A stretch of DNA of 64,000 bases. Source: an uncultured virus (IMG/VR IMGVR_UViG_3300032007_000021). Taxonomy: Duplodnaviria > Heunggongvirae > Uroviricota > Caudoviricetes. The notes beneath the pieces were generated by a model. That model was not told where the DNA came from. It ran no database searches and worked only from the letters and a program-made list of their open reading frames with translations. Made by a program: the position numbers and the translations under genes. The stretch lies in the IMG/VR virus record IMGVR_UViG_3300032007_000021, one strand, 5' to 3'. This document shows, piece by piece, positions 34,364 to 49,500 of the stretch. Position 1 is the first letter of the stretch. The number at the start of each line of letters is the position of its first letter.

Positions 34364-35098
34364 TTATCTTTCTGCTAAATTATATTTAGCTGTATTCCTT
34401 ACTTGTTCATCTTTATCATTCATCAATTTATTCAATGTTTTTTCAGATGTATTTTTATTTCCAGCCACACTCCATCTTAAGTAATAATCTAAATCATTAT
34501 CAGATAACTTATCCAATGTTTCCGAACTTGTATGAGGATTACTTGCAACACCATAACGAACCAAAAAATCCTTGTCATCACTTAATCTGTCCAATGTTTC
34601 CGAACTTGTGTTTTTATTATTTGCAACATTCTTACGAACATCAGAATTTCCATCATAACTTAACTTATTTAATGTCTTTGCACTTGTATTTGGATGTTTT
34701 GCAATATTCTATCCAAGCCCTCTTGTAAGAGAATGATGATTACTCATTCTCTATAATGTTTCAGCGCTTGTATCTGGATGTTCAGATACTTTTTTACGAA
34801 CATTTGCACTTTTACTATCTGCCAAAACATCAAGAACATCTGAATTTATATCCCATTTGTCAAACATTTTCATTTGTTTTTCCTATGACATCTTATTTAT
34901 CTTTTTTCTCAACAAATTTTTTACAGACTCTTTTTTACTTTCAGAAGAAGAATTGTCTTTTTTCAAAGTTAATTTTGTAGTTTTTCTCACATCATGATTT
35001 TTCTTATAATCATCCAACTATTTTTGTGTATTAAACTATAAAGCAATTATACTCCTCGCAATTTTAACAAGTTCCTGTGCAATTTCTGTTTTTCTCAT
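34364..35098 (-). CDS. LRV/HEAT-like repeat protein with N-terminal leader motif
   Basis: MRKTEIAQELVKIARSIIA; repeats VRxxVAxNxxTSxETLDxLSxD. Confidence 0.82.
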
Positions 35099-35124
35099 AG
35101 TTCATTCTCCATTGTTTTCATTAT

Positions 35125-35508
35125 TCACTTATAATATGGAAATGAATTAGGAATCATTTTCTTCAAAACATTCTATGCCTATTTTATCACATCAAGAAGA
35201 CTCTTTTTCCGTTTAATTTTAAACAGTTTTGTTCTATTTCCGCCAACACTTATATATAATTCTGCCTAATACGGGAAACCGTTTTTTAATGTCTTATCTT
35301 TCAAGACACTCAAGACAAACCTATCATCATTAGGATAAACACTCTCCCAAGAACAAGACACATTATAATTGCCATCCATAAAACCCTATGGTTTTTGCCT
35401 GTCAATTTCTATTTTCAACGCCTATTTCTTAAATGAGTCGAAAAAATCATCAGCAACCAACTTTTTTGCTATTTTTATTAATTCTCTTGCTACTTCTATC
35501 TTTTTCAT
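35125..35508 (-). CDS. Hypothetical protein with N-terminal leader motif
   Basis: MKKIEVARELIKIAKKLVA; ends TGA. Confidence 0.7.
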
Positions 35509-35576
35509 GTTTTTCCCTTTAATTATTATTTTTTATAATATTACAATTATAAACAAAAAATTTATAACACAATATT

Positions 35577-36056
35577 TTAACTTATCTTTTCTGCATATTG
35601 ATTATAACTCGCTAAATGCACTCCAAGTACATCATCATCTCTTCCTTGTACATCCGGTATAAATCTGCCATATTTAATTATAATATTAGAATACTGTTTA
35701 AGGCTATTTATTTGCTCTGCAATCTCGTTTTTGTTATAACCTGTATAAACAATTATGTCATCATCTGTCTGCGCTCTAAAGGCCTTTATAAGCCTCTATA
35801 ACTCATCATATTGTTTGAATGGCTATAACCCTCCAATTACTACAGCATTTGTTAAACTATTTTTCATATATCTATCTACAATCTTTTCATCTGATAACTA
35901 TATATCTTTCTGTTTAGCTGTTGGAGAATTTTGACACATACATATATCTTTTCCTAATTCCTTGCAACATTTCCAATCACATACACAAGTAGCTATAAAC
36001 ATGGAAATTTTTTTGTAATTTACAATATCTTCATCTAATAAATTTTTAATACGCAT
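35577..36056 (-). CDS. nrdG: Anaerobic ribonucleotide reductase activating protein (radical SAM)
   Basis: DEDIVNYKK, CDWKC..C, GGL*PF, VYTGY, KYGRF, LASYNQYA. Confidence 0.9.
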
Positions 36057-36063
36057 TTTTACC

Positions 36064-37995
36064 TCACTTTGCAGTTAAATCATCGCCGGAACTTAAATCA
36101 AACCAATCTCTCAACTTAAACTATGCTTTTCTTTCCTTACTATAATTCACTTCTGGCACTAAAAATCCAACAATTCTTTGATAAGATGTATATTTTGGCT
36201 ATCCACAATAAGGACAAGTATCTCCAAAAAATCCATGATTGTTTTTACAAGCACTAATTCTAACACAAAAAGCAAAATACTTAACACCAGCATCCGCCAC
36301 TTTATTTAAAACTATCCATGCTTGTTCAAAATTAGTAAACGGTGATTGAAGATTAATATGAGAAATAGAGCCGCCATTACAATAACCATCCAACAACGCA
36401 CTAATTCTAATCTTTTCATCTATCGTACATTTTACTGCAAGAGGAATCCACTGATTCCCATATACAGGTAATTCATATCTTTCACAAGGATATAATTCTT
36501 TGTCTTTATACATCAAAACAGCAGCAGCCCTCTCCGCAGGTATCTGTTCTATGTTAATTTTATAATCTTTATCTTTTCTAAACTATTCTTTAACTTCAAT
36601 TATCTTATCAAACAATTCCTTCGCAAAATTCAACCCTTCTTCTGTATATGTAGCATAACCAATTTCATCTTTACTTATCATTCCATATTTTTGCAACACT
36701 TCATAAATCCCAATAACACCAATAGTATTATACTGACTACTCATATTCATAATTCCAAGCGAATAATTTGGCAAAAGGCCTTTTGATACATTTCTCTTAA
36801 TAATGTCACGAACAACATCCAATGTTTGCAAGCAAAGAACAACCTATTTTCCCAAAGCTTCCAAATAATCTTCTTTTTTGTTCTCATAAGCAATTCTAGC
36901 AAGATTTATCGTATTAACTTTTACCGAACCAACTTCTAATGCAGTGCCACCAATACTGTTAAAATAACCCAACTCATCAATCTATGAAACCAAACGACAA
37001 CAATTAGAAAGGCTAGTAACAGAATCACTAATAAAAAAATTACTGTCAGCCCATTTCATATTGTGTTTACAACACCACTTTGCAAATTCTTCATCACCCC
37101 AACTTCCATCTTTATTTCTCAAAAGACACATGGATAACACCGGAAATGTCATAAAATTTTTTTCTCTTATATCACTTACAACTTTCATAAACGCTTTTTC
37201 ATATTCAATAATATTATCTATCTAATCAATAATAAAAGAACCATCAGGATACTATTTTCCTCCAAACAACTCAACAAGATAATCTCTATCTAAAATACTA
37301 AAATTTGTAAAAGCACTTTGATTGATTCTTAAATAAGGCTGATTCAATTTATAAATAATTCTCTGAAACTATTGATCTCTGTAATATTCCGGAGATTTCA
37401 TATAAAACCCCTATTCACAATCCTTTTTCCAAAAAAAATACGAATACACAAGAAAAGAAGGTAAACCACAAGCCCCAGAGCTTCTATTACTAACCCAGCT
37501 AACAAACTATCCAACAAAATCTGTATATGTTGTCAAATGTTTCGGAGGTTGAGCATTAAAATCTTTTATAAAAAACAACCCCTTTTTAACCAAATTTTCA
37601 ATATCATACGCAAAACAATACGAAAAAAATGTGCTGGAACTAGAATCATGAAGATAAAATTTTCCATTCCACTCTGCTTCAAGCCATTCATTTGCAATAT
37701 GATAACCATACTTTTTATTCAACTCATAAAAAATCTTGTTAAATGCAAGCAATTTACTATGTGGTTTACTCATCTATGTTGTCAAACTTGTAATGTCTTT
37801 TGTACCAACATTTGCATTACCATCTATACTTGCATCTGCAACTGTATTTTTATCAACAAAATTATCAATAAAATCAGTATAATTCAACTGCTTTTCAGAA
37901 AATCCATTCAACTATCTCATCTTCTATCCGTATTTTTCAATCATCTTATTAAACGCAACAGTGAAATTCTTATCCAACTTAATATTAATATTCAT
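36064..37995 (-). CDS. nrdD: Anaerobic (class III) ribonucleoside-triphosphate reductase
   Basis: YLHD, YCFAY, PKHL, SNRSSGACG, TFPV, SNCCRL, GSVKVNTIN, EQIPAE, GGSISHIN, CPYCG, RIVGF glycyl motif. Confidence 0.96.
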
Positions 37996-38016
37996 ACAAC
38001 ACCTACAATTATCCAA

Positions 38017-38220
38017 TTAAAGACTATTTACATACTTAACAGCTTCAGCGAAATTTAATCTTGTTCCACCAACCTATAACACCGGAACACTCTGAATACC
38101 TTTTTCTCTCATAAGGTTTATATCAGAAATCTTTTCATATTCAATTCTCTTCTCATTCAATTTTCTCTATAACACTTGACACTTACTGCATCCAGTAGAA
38201 TACATCAATATTTTTAACAT
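38017..38220 (-). CDS. Glutaredoxin/NrdH-like protein
   Basis: YSTGCSKCQVL*RKL...SVPVL*VG. Confidence 0.85.
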
Positions 38221-38406
38221 GTTTTTCTCCTTACTTTTTACTTCTTATTTTAATTTGCAATCCACATATTACATTTTATCACTGATTTTTTCTCTGTTTT
38301 TTAAAGCAAAAAATCACAAAAAAAGCATAAGATAGTGCTTTTTCAAACAAATAAATTTTTCGGAAATTTTCTTGTTTTAGATAAATAACTCAATTTTTTA
38401 TACCAA

Positions 38407-38757
38407 TCATTTCTCAAGCAATCTCCAAAAATCATTTCCATAATTCTTTTGGGCATAATCTATATATATCTTTATCTATTTACTGCCAATCACATTTATT
38501 GGATAAGGAAAACAAGTTATCTTCTTCTTGCTTCTGTAATCTTTGATACCTTTGATCTACACATACTTTCCAGCAATAATAAAATCCGGTTTGTAATATT
38601 CATAATGTTGTCTCCAAAGATACTTGAATGTCTTTGTATTTCTTATAATCTATATGTGGTTATCCAAACAATACATCACTACAGCCAATTCCCAAGAACT
38701 GTCACACCAATATCCTTTATACCACCCTCTATGTGTTTGCTTATATTTCAAGTTCAT
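38407..38757 (-). CDS. PD-(D/E)xK endonuclease
   Basis: GWYKGYWCDSSWELA...YKPDFII...YV*IKG. Confidence 0.85.
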
Positions 38758-40420
38758 AATTTATTGCCTTTGGAGTAATACTAACATTGTTCTCCATATA
38801 GTTTTTCCACAAGTTTCCAATACACAATGAAACAGAACTATCAGAACCTTCATCAAAATACTTAAAATACTCTCCAAAATCAACATAAATACTATCAACA
38901 ATCATACCCAATATTGTTCCTTCGCCTAAATAACCATCTCCTAATTGGGCTGATTGTATTAAAGCATCGCTTTCTTCAATATATGTACCTTGTTTCCAAT
39001 AATTATTATAAAACCAATCTTGCTTTTCAATCAAACGCTATCTATTATCCCGATAAACAGTTGGATTGCCTCCTTTTAATGACTAAAACCAATCATTATA
39101 TACCGATAAATCAGGAAAACCCAAATAATTATTGTTAATATCAATCAAATCATATTCCACAAAACCAAACGACTAAATTTTAAATTCACCATCTTTGTTC
39201 TCTGAACTTATTGTTAAATAACTGAAACTTCCACTTGGATATTGTTTTTTTAATATTTCTATTTTTTTATCTATTATATCTTTTGCAGATGTAAAACCTA
39301 TTGCTACAAACTTCCACACATTCATAAAAAAACCATACTGTGTAATATAACAAAACAAACTATTGGACATATCATAAATTTGCAAACCGTTTCTATCCTA
39401 ATCCATTAAACCGTTTTTCAAATCTGTAGAAATTCCACTTACAACTACTTGATCGAATATTTTAACATTAGCAACATTTATTGTTTTATTTACCGGATTG
39501 CAATATTCAAACTTCAAATCATAATCATATACTCCATTATCAGACATATCAAACGGTAAACACATTTTCCGAAAATAACTGTTCCTTAATATCTGTGTTG
39601 GATTTGTAATTTGAGCTTTAGTACCAATTCTGTGCAACAAATAATCAGAAATATATCCGTTTCTCAAAAAAACATGAACTTTCAACTTTTTCTACTTGTT
39701 TTTGAAAATAATGTTTTGAGTAAACCAAAACGTGTTATCTGTTAATTTTTTCGGATTGATTAAATGAACATAATGGCTTTCGGAATCCACAACATAATCT
39801 CCTTTTAAATGTAATCCTGAGGGCAATTGTTTACTCACAATAGACTAATCCAAATTTGTATATTTATAATATGATTTATCATCATCTTTATAACCTTCTA
39901 GATATTTCTAATAAATCTGTGGTCTATATATTCCTCCATTCTATTTAAGAAGCAGATTTTGACCAGGAGCAAAACCACTTGATGATTCCAAATAACCTTC
40001 CTTTAAAAGACCAACATTATTACCAATCCTAAATACATTGACATATCTTAATTTATTTAAAATATCATAAGTCTGTCTCAAAAAACTATTCATTTCTTCC
40101 TATAAACAACCAACACAAGGAATTTTATAATCGGAAAAATCATCAAAACTATAATAATGGAAATAATCAGACAAATCATTAATCAAAACATTTTTTCCCT
40201 AAATTTTCTTGGGTTTTTTAATAAAAGCCTTTACATCAAAAATTGTCTTTAACGCTTTCCCAATATTAAAAAAATTCTTATAAGAAATTATATCACCACA
40301 CTATATATCAAACGTCTAATCACCATGACCAACAATCTACATTTTTTCATTCAAAGCTTTGTATATCCATAATATATATCTTTTATCCAAACTATTTGGA
40401 TTACTCCAACTTAAATCCAT
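38741..40420 (-). CDS. Putative virion/baseplate protein
   Basis: Three track ORFs in one frame; AGGTG RBS; tail-module context. Confidence 0.6.
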
Positions 40421-41439
40421 GTTATCACCTACGCCACAAATCTTTCTTCTGTTTGCATACCTTCCCACCATTGACAATTACTAAATTCATAATAAGAAAC
40501 TGAAGACCAACTTTCATTGTTTCTTATTTGAAAAACACATGGTATTATATCTAATATCTGCTCCTCATCTTTTATTTTAATTTTCATTCGTTTTTTATGA
40601 TCTTTCGTTCTTAAATACACATATTCACCGTCCTTAAACTAATCCTAATAAGGCAAAATCTAACCATTTCTTAAAATCCTGTAAGAAACATTGTCAAATT
40701 GCCAATAATCATTAGAACCAATTTGAAACTATATAAAAGTATCGTTTTTTTTCAACTATCCTTGTGTGGACTCTCCATTAAATTCAAACTTTCTATATCC
40801 AACATATACTTTTGAAAAACTATAAGATTTTGAAGATTTAATACGATATAATCCATATTTTTCCTGTCCTTTATAATATTTATAAATTGATTCAGAACCT
40901 TTCTTGTAATACTATTTATATGAATATGAAAAATCATTTACCACACCAAAATTACAACAACCTCTTCCCTATTCAATAGTCGAAATGTATTTTGTACCAA
41001 AAAAATCATTTCCATTATCAAAAGCATAATTTATATAACCATTATTCGTTCTTGTATAAAAACGGCCACCACATGACAAAGGTTTTTCTCCATTTAAATA
41101 TCTCTCAAAAGTTGATCTATTTTTTACCCCTTTTACAAAACTATTTGAATAAAAACCAATTCCTTTATTTTCTTTCTAATGATAATAATAATTCTTTTCA
41201 GAAACACTCTCAAAATACATAGAACAACTACAACTATAACTATTATCTCCATCTGTTAAAACAAACTTTTTTCTCTTTCTTACTTCTTCTCTCTATACAA
41301 AGATACAGTCTGACAAATCTAACATCCATATTTTGTTTAGATAACCTATTTGAAATAAATAATCACATTTTTTTATCAAATAAGTTCCGTTGGAAAAATC
41401 CGGAAAGTGCGTCCACAAATACTATCCTCTTATTGCCAT
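40411..41439 (-). CDS. Putative virion protein
   Basis: GAGGTG RBS; same frame as track ORF 40429-40620. Confidence 0.55.
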
Positions 41440-42362
41440 ACAAACACCTCAGCAACATAAACCTACTATAAGTTATGAGTATCAAAATAACCGGAAAAAG
41501 AAAACGAACACTCAATATCACTCTATACCCAAGAATCACTCTCATATATCAACTTTTTTTTAGATATTTTCCCTTTTTTGTTTAATTCACTATCAGAAAA
41601 AACAAACTTTTCTGTTGTTAAATAAAACTAACTAAAACCTTCCGAATAATTATGATTCCACTATCTATAACTATCAAAAAACTTAAAACCATTATTATTC
41701 TATTTCAACCAATAATTATATTTTCTTTCGTGATATATTTTATAACCAACATATATTACAGATGATTGTGAATCAATATACTTTCCATAATTATTATTAC
41801 CACGATAAATTTTACCATTTATACCCTTACTTTTATAATTAAACTGTTTATACAACCTATCACCATCTATATACCAACTGTTTTTGTTCAACCAACTAAT
41901 AGACTAAGTTTCATTTGGAAAAACACTCACTCTTTTTTTTTGAAAAAAATAAGCATTTCCATAATTCACCAATTCAATATAATCTTTCTCTAAATCTACA
42001 TAAAAAGAATTGGATTCTGTAACATAACCAACAATTCTTTTTTTTGTTTTTCTCTACAACTTCATCTACTATTCAATCCACTATTCATTCTAATAATGAA
42101 GATAACCATCATAAAAAGAATAATTAAGAGACAATGAAATACTAAAACTATAATCACTATTTGAAAATTGATAAAGCTTTTTTGATTTCAAATCTTCTAA
42201 CAACGAAAATGTCCTTTCTTCAACATTTAAAACATACCATTTGTTATTTCTCTCACAAAAATACTGAGGAATAAATTTGTAAACACCAGTACCTTTATGA
42301 AATTCAAAATCAGAAAAACGAGTTGGATAAAATAACATAATTTCAGTTTTATTATCATTCAT
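41430..42362 (-). CDS. Putative virion protein
   Basis: Two track ORFs joined over TAGs; ends TAA. Confidence 0.6.
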
Positions 42363-42365
42363 AAC

Positions 42366-43103
42366 TTATTCAATCTACACCTTCATTGTTTTTGTTTTTA
42401 CTTTGTGAACCATAACTCTTGTGCCTGTCGGAACAGTAGCATTCAAACCAATATTTAACATATACACACCAGTCAATATTTTATCTACACCACTCTACGG
42501 ATCAAAATATGTTACCCTATAACCTCCTACTGAATCACCTCCTGTAACAGTACCAACAAAACAAATCTCGTTTGTTGTTCCACTACTTCCACCACCCCTA
42601 TCATCTATCTCATATTCGTTTCGATAAAAACAATTCTTCTTTATGCAAATTGGTATTATCACCTTACTTTCACTTATATCAGCCCCCATATATTCTATCT
42701 TACACAAATACTGTAACGAAGAAAAACTAACATCACTATCACTGTTATTCAAAAACTATTCTTTTTTATAAGGTCTTGTCTCATCCAACAACAAAATACA
42801 ACCATTAGCATCCATCTACAAAACTTTTGGATTTATCAAGTTCTACATCATTTCCAGTTGATTTCCATTCTTAAGCAAAAGCGGGAAATATTTTTTATTT
42901 AATAAAACTGAAGACGATTCCTGCAAATCATAAAATTTAAACCCCAAAGACCTCAACTGATTATCATAACTTTTGATAGTACAATTGCTTCCCTATATAC
43001 TTATTTTAGATAACGAAAACTCAAAAAAATTTGATTGAATTATGCAAATATTTCCATCTGTCATTACCGTACTTGCACAATTTCCAGAAACCACTTTTGT
43101 CAT
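42366..43103 (-). CDS. Putative tail protein
   Basis: Read through TAGs; GGAG RBS; ATGA overlap. Confidence 0.6.
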
Positions 43104-43906
43104 TTCTTCTTCTCCACATCAACTTTTATTTGCAATTTCTTCCCTTTCTCACCATTGTTATAAATAGTTACAACATCCCCTTCAATTTTCCACCAAATCT
43201 ATCCAACTCTTTCCTATCCATAACATGTTACAAATTTAGGAGTATATCCTTCTCTCTTCCACTATACACCCTCTATATCGTTCGTTAAAACCACATCATA
43301 GATACAAGGATATATTTTATATCCCTCATACTTAAACTCATCTGTAACTTCCATATTTTTTTGTATCAGGTTTTCTCCATGTGGATTTGTTTTATCTTGA
43401 GTATGAGCCAAAACATTTTTAGCATAAACCTTGTTAATATCATCTTTCAAAACTGGTTTGTCATCCCGATAATCAACCTAACAAATTTTCAAAACAGAAC
43501 TATTATTTTTATCCAAACTATCATCTTTTGAAACCTATATTGTAAATCTGTCGGGATATTTATTCATCGCAAAAGTATAACAAATATACACATAAAAATA
43601 TCCTTTCCCAAAATACGGAGACTTAAATTCTTTAGACCGATATAAACGATAATTCAAAATACCCAAACCAGCATATCCACCCATTCCATAACCCTAAACT
43701 TTAACTCGATAATATCCCTTGTTTTCATCGCTCTACTACAACGAATATTTTCCATCCTCAATAATACACTTGTCAGCTCCAAAAGTTGCCGCATATAACA
43801 AATTATCTATAATAGACATTTGCTACAACTCATCCTACTAAGTCAACATATCACCAAATTTCATACATGGTATCTTATAAAACTATGTCTTGTTGCTATA
43901 ACTCAT
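43100..43906 (-). CDS. Putative tail/baseplate protein
   Basis: MSYSNKT*FYKIP...HTQDKTNPHG. Confidence 0.6.
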
Positions 43907-43916
43907 TTTTATTTCC

Positions 43917-44135
43917 TCATATTCTTTTGTTACAAAACTACCAACTCTACTACCCTTCTTTCCCACAAAAACTTTTACCACATATTATATCATTATCAGT
44001 GGTTTTTGAAACAATTTCCTTCCCTCTCATAACATTTCCTCTGGCAGAAGCAACTGTCTCAATACGTCTAAAAGTATTTTGATTCGTATTGATATTCAAT
44101 CTCTGATAAAAATAATTAAAAAGCGTTGTATTCAT
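43917..44135 (-). CDS. Hypothetical protein
   Basis: Track ORF extended to TGA. Confidence 0.55.
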
Positions 44136-46516
44136 TAGTCAATCTTCCCTATTGATAAACCTATTGTCCATGTCTTGCTCTGAAAATCAATATTATGTGA
44201 TATTCCAGTGATATAAAACTACTTGCTGGTTTCATCTGTATCTATGACAATCTTATCATATAATTTTAATTTTGAAGATTCAGGCGTTCCCTCAATATTT
44301 ATACTTCCTTGATATACAGCTTGTGAACCTCTCCGTATATTTTGATTATGAAAACTCTATAACTCTTCAATATTATTAAATAATCCCGGAGCAGCAAGAG
44401 CAATAATTCTGGACCATGGATATTTGATTCTTCCTTGTATCGTATCCCATAAAACTCCCGGAACCACACTTGTTGGTAATGGATTATTACTACCATCAGG
44501 AGTTTGACCAACTAATGTTCCCATTGTTAAAAATGAGTTGTACACATTCTCAATATATGGACTTACATTATAACTAATAATATCTGTTGTCTCAAATCTC
44601 ATTTTTACATTACTTCTATCTACCTTTTTAGGATAACCCTATTCATTACACTATAAAAACTACCCATAACCTTGTGGATAAAGAACCAATTTCGCATTAA
44701 CAGCTTCACATAATTCCTGTAAAGCATTCAGACAACTCGTTCCCAACTGAAAATTAATAGCAGGATGACCATACTATACACTTGTTGGAACTCGGACACT
44801 CAAATTACAACGAATATCACAATCACAATATCCTACAATCCAATCAACTATATCTTTTACTTTATCTCCATCCCAAAACGGAGCATTAATCAACTTCAAA
44901 TCCTATAATTTTTTCTATATTCCAACTAAACTAATCGTATATGTCGCATCACCCTAACTTACATCATTACTTGTCTGCATAGTATATCCGTTAAATATCT
45001 CTATCTCTTGTCCTTGACACTAAACAGCAAGTCTTAATCCGCCGATGCTTTGCTCTGGTAATTCACTCAATTTTTTCTCTATCGCATATTTATCCACAAC
45101 AATCTAACCTGTTGTTGATTCTTCAGTACAATTCAATCTCATCGACCTGACATATTTGATCCAATCATTTCCGTTATTCATCCAGTTTGAACTATCTAAA
45201 AACGAATTGACTCTCATATCAAAACCTCCGTCTCCTGTCTTCAAACCAGATGCTTTCACTGGTGTTTTTACCACATTGATAAATCCAAACATCTATGGCA
45301 CACTATTACCTTTAACTTCCTTTAATTCAAAAGAATATCTGTAATAACTAGACATCAGCTATTCTATTGACTATACTTCTTGAGCTTCTATTGTCTTTCC
45401 CCTATCCGGATAAGTAATCGTATAAGCTGTATAAGTAATATTTTGCCCCAAATTATTTCTTTTTAATTGCCCTTTAAAATAATAATGAAAAACAGCTTTT
45501 TTAGCAAAATAAATTGGTACATAACAAAATGAACCGTTCATATTATTCCATTTAACCTTTAAACTTTGTTCCCATTCAAATTGCTATCCATCAACCACTC
45601 TTATGTTTTCTCTACTTGAAGGAAACTATGCCAAACTTGGAGAAATATTTGCAAAAGCGTTCATACTTTCATCAGACAATTCAACAATCACTTGGTTATT
45701 ATCAACCACTGAATTGCTTATATTTGATGTAACAACCAAACCATTATAAATGGAATAAACAAACACTGTAATATGATCTTTCAACTTTTTGTTTTGTATA
45801 ATCTGCGGTAAATCATATCCACTTGATGCTTTTGTTACAGAACAAGTTTTTGATCTTCCACCAACATTAATAATCAAATCAGCATTCTAACTAATTGTCA
45901 TTTCACTGTTCGTACCAAATCCGCTCAATTTAATATAAGCATGTTGATCTTTTTCTTCATAAGAATTGCTTACTTTATACAAAAAAGCAAATGGATTTGC
46001 TGGTATTTCAGTATTAAACTACACCTGTTTTTTACCACTCATTCCAAAAGATATAAAACCAGCTTTGTTTTTTTGTCCATAACCAACACTCACACCATCT
46101 TCAAATTTAGTTTCTGTCACCCACTTAACACTGACTTTACCTGTTTGACTCGGCTTTCCATCTAAATTATTATTAACATAATTATTATTGGAACTTGGTA
46201 TCAATATTTGCGGAATAACACTTCCATTCTTTGTAACAATTCCACAGGAATAATCTTTTAATACCTACCATGAATCCCCAACCATTACTTCATCTGTCGG
46301 AGAAGCAACACTCATCTTTTCAAAAACTAATACCCCTTCAGTTTGATCCATTTTTCCTACGATCTACTAAAAATTTACATCACCAACAAACTGAAATTTA
46401 TTAGAAAATTTTACCAAAGTCGGAACATAAGTATAATCAACACCTCCAGAATGTTTCCGAAAAGCATATCTTTTTAACTGAATATTCTTTTTGTTTTTGT
46501 TATACCAATCACTCAT
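44135..46516 (-). CDS. Putative baseplate hub / tail protein (~793 aa)
   Basis: Four track ORFs in one frame directly downstream of the tape measure; GAGG RBS. Confidence 0.65.
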
Positions 46517-46527
46517 TTTTTACCTCA

Positions 46528-49500
46528 TCAAGATTTATTCATCATAGACAAAATAATCTTTTTGCCATCCTATGTTTCCAAATACTATTTCACAATTTCT
46601 TTGACACTCCCCTTAAAACCATTTTTATCAGCATTTATATTTACAGCAACATTAACATTCAACTTATCTTCTTGCGAAGCACCTGTTTTCTATGTTGTTT
46701 CTTTGTTTTGTGTTTTTTGTTGTGGAGCAGGAACAAGATTATCTGTTACATTTGTTGCGCTTGGTACAACAACTGGATTAGAAGCTTCCAAACCAGCACT
46801 CACAACACTTGGCATCTTTGTATTCAATCCTTTGTTTGTCCCATATTTTTTCTTTGTATCAGAAAGAGAAACACCATTAGAATCAAGTTTTGCTCCACCT
46901 AAAGACCAACTAATTCCACTGTTTAATTTAGCCCCACCCAAAGACCATTTACTGCTTTTGCCCCCAACACTTAAACCACCTCCAAATTTATGTCCAAAGG
47001 TACTTTTACCTCTCTATACAGATTTGTTTATTCTATCTCGATCTGCTTGATGAATTTCTTTCAATCCATAATCTCTCTGTAAAAACGCAGTTTTTTTATT
47101 TGTTTCTAATTTTCTTTTTTCGTCACTCAATTTATTTATATTCTTTTGTATATCTTCCGAATAAGCATCAAAAACTTTTTCAAAATATGGATACATCTAT
47201 CTTTGATAAGACAACAATTTTTCTTTTCTTTTCTTTTCATCTTCTGTCAAACTATCTTTTTGCATCAATTTAGAATACTATTGATTTATCTGCTAAACAC
47301 TCTTATTCAAATCCTTTTCTTCAACTAAACCTTCTTTATCACCAGCGATAACAGCCATATTAACACTTCTCATTGATGCAAGTTTGGATTTTTCTTTAGC
47401 CAACTAATCTTCTTTATTTTTTAACTCTTCATCAATTTTTTGTTCTTTTTGACTAGGACCAATCTGTTTTGCTTCCACTTTTTTCTAAACATTTTTAACT
47501 ATATTTTTATTTTTAGGAGCAAATCTTTGATTCAACAAAAAAACTTTCTTTTCTGTTTCTGCTTTTCTCAAAGCTTCTTTGGCTTCTATTAAATCATCAT
47601 AATCACCTTCAATGTCCATTTCTTTAAAATACTTTTGTAATTCTTTCTTTCTTCCTTTCTATTCATCTGTCAAACCCTCTCGTTCCTCTTTTTGTGAAAG
47701 AGAATAATGCTATCTTCTCAATTCTTTTATAGCACTATCTTTTGCATTTAGTTTTTTTATTGACAAAACTTTTTCTTTTGCTTTTTGTATATTCTCATTC
47801 AACTAATCTAATTTCTATTGTTGTGTTTGTTGTGTTTCTTCTTTCACATCAGTTTTCTGTTCTTTTTGAGCAACAGAAACACCACCAACATTCGTTTTTT
47901 CTACTTGTTTTACTACTCCTACAGAAGTAGTTTTTTCTACATCATTATTTTTAACACTTGAAGTTGGTTTTTCTTCTGTTTTTTGTGAAGCAGAAGGAGT
48001 TTTACTCTAACCATTTTGCGGTATTCCTATAGTCTATAATTGCATAGAAATTCTCTTTACCCAACTCAAAATATGCTATTGCACCTATTTTTCACTTCCC
48101 AATACTTCTTTATATCCTTCTATCTTTTTGTTAAGCTATTCATTCTGTTTCTATTGGTTTAAATTCTTTTGAACAGTTTCTTGTATATTCTGTTTTTCTC
48201 TAACCGTCATTTCTTGTTTGGCAATTTCACTCTATGAATATTTGCCGGATTTTTTCATTTCCTACAATTTATTTTGTTCCTGTTGAACGCTGGTTTTTGC
48301 TCCAAATAATTTTTTCTCAAGATTCATTCTTTCTGCTCTTTTTACATCCCCTTGAGCTTGTAAAGACAACAATCTTCCTGCGTAACCAGTAGTGGCAGTT
48401 CCACCACCTCTAACAACTTGTCCGGAACTGTTAATTTGATAACCACTACCATAAATAGCCGCTTTGTTTAAACCCCCTCTAATTCCAGCAACAGCATTAA
48501 AACTACCAATCGTACTGGCCATCAACTTCTATATGGAACTTCTTTGCGCTCCCAATACAGCTTTCGTTACATTGGCATTTGCTCTCATTACATTGTTTCT
48601 TTGCTTTTCCAACTCATAAGCATCAGCACCATTCTTTTTCATGTTCTAAAAAGCTTCTTCCTATAAAGCGGCTTTCTGCATAACAACCTGAACAGATTGT
48701 CTTTCCAACTATAATATCTACGCAAATGGCAAACCGATTTCATTTGCCAACTCAAGTTGTATATCTACACTGTCTTTTGCCAAATCCACGATTTCCATTT
48801 TAGCATTCTTCTATTTATTAGCAAGCTATGCAACCTGTTTCTTTTTCTACACCTACAAATCTATAAACATTTGCTATGCTTTAACTCGCGCTATTTCCAT
48901 ACCTTTCTTTTCATATTCTATGTTCTGCTACTATTTCTTTTTCTACTATTTCTATGATTCTGTAAGCACACCTTTTTGATTCAATTCAGCTACTCTTGTT
49001 TGACTTTTTTCTATCGCAGCTTGTCTCAATTTCACCTATTGGTCATACATCTGTTTCGTTCTTTTAATTTCATAATCATATTTTCGATTGCTTGCTTCTA
49101 TAGATTCCTAACCAAATTTTGTAATAGCCCCAACATCCAAACCTCTCAATCCCTTCTATCTCTTTGATTCTGCTAAAGATAATTGTTGTTCCAACAAACG
49201 ATAATCAGCAGATTTCTTGATAGAATCATACATCTTTTGAATGATATTATCTATCCTCATAATCAAATTCGCTCTCTATTCCTATTCCTTCACGATTTGC
49301 TGAATACCACTGTTTAATGAAGCATACAACATCTGAAAATTTCTCCCTTCATCTGTAGCCAAAAACTTTTTAACAGACTACTTTTGCTACATATTCTTCA
49401 TTTCTTTTTGCGTTTTTTTCAATTCTTCCTATTCTTCTCCACTTATTTCCTTTCTCGCTTTTTTAGCAGATAAATCAGCAACTTTTTCAAAAGCTTTTAC

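Noticed and set aside
18116..38400. Suppressor tRNA-CUA or release factor gene
   Set aside because: No cloverleaf or RF motif was recognised by eye in the intergenic gaps. It may lie outside the window, and tRNAscan-SE/ARAGORN is needed.
41363..41545. Alternative-frame minus-strand track ORFs (also 9303-9542, 19955-20140, 26497-26691, 40752-40937, 44299-44511, 59885-60127)
   Set aside because: They overlap better-supported recoded genes in another frame.
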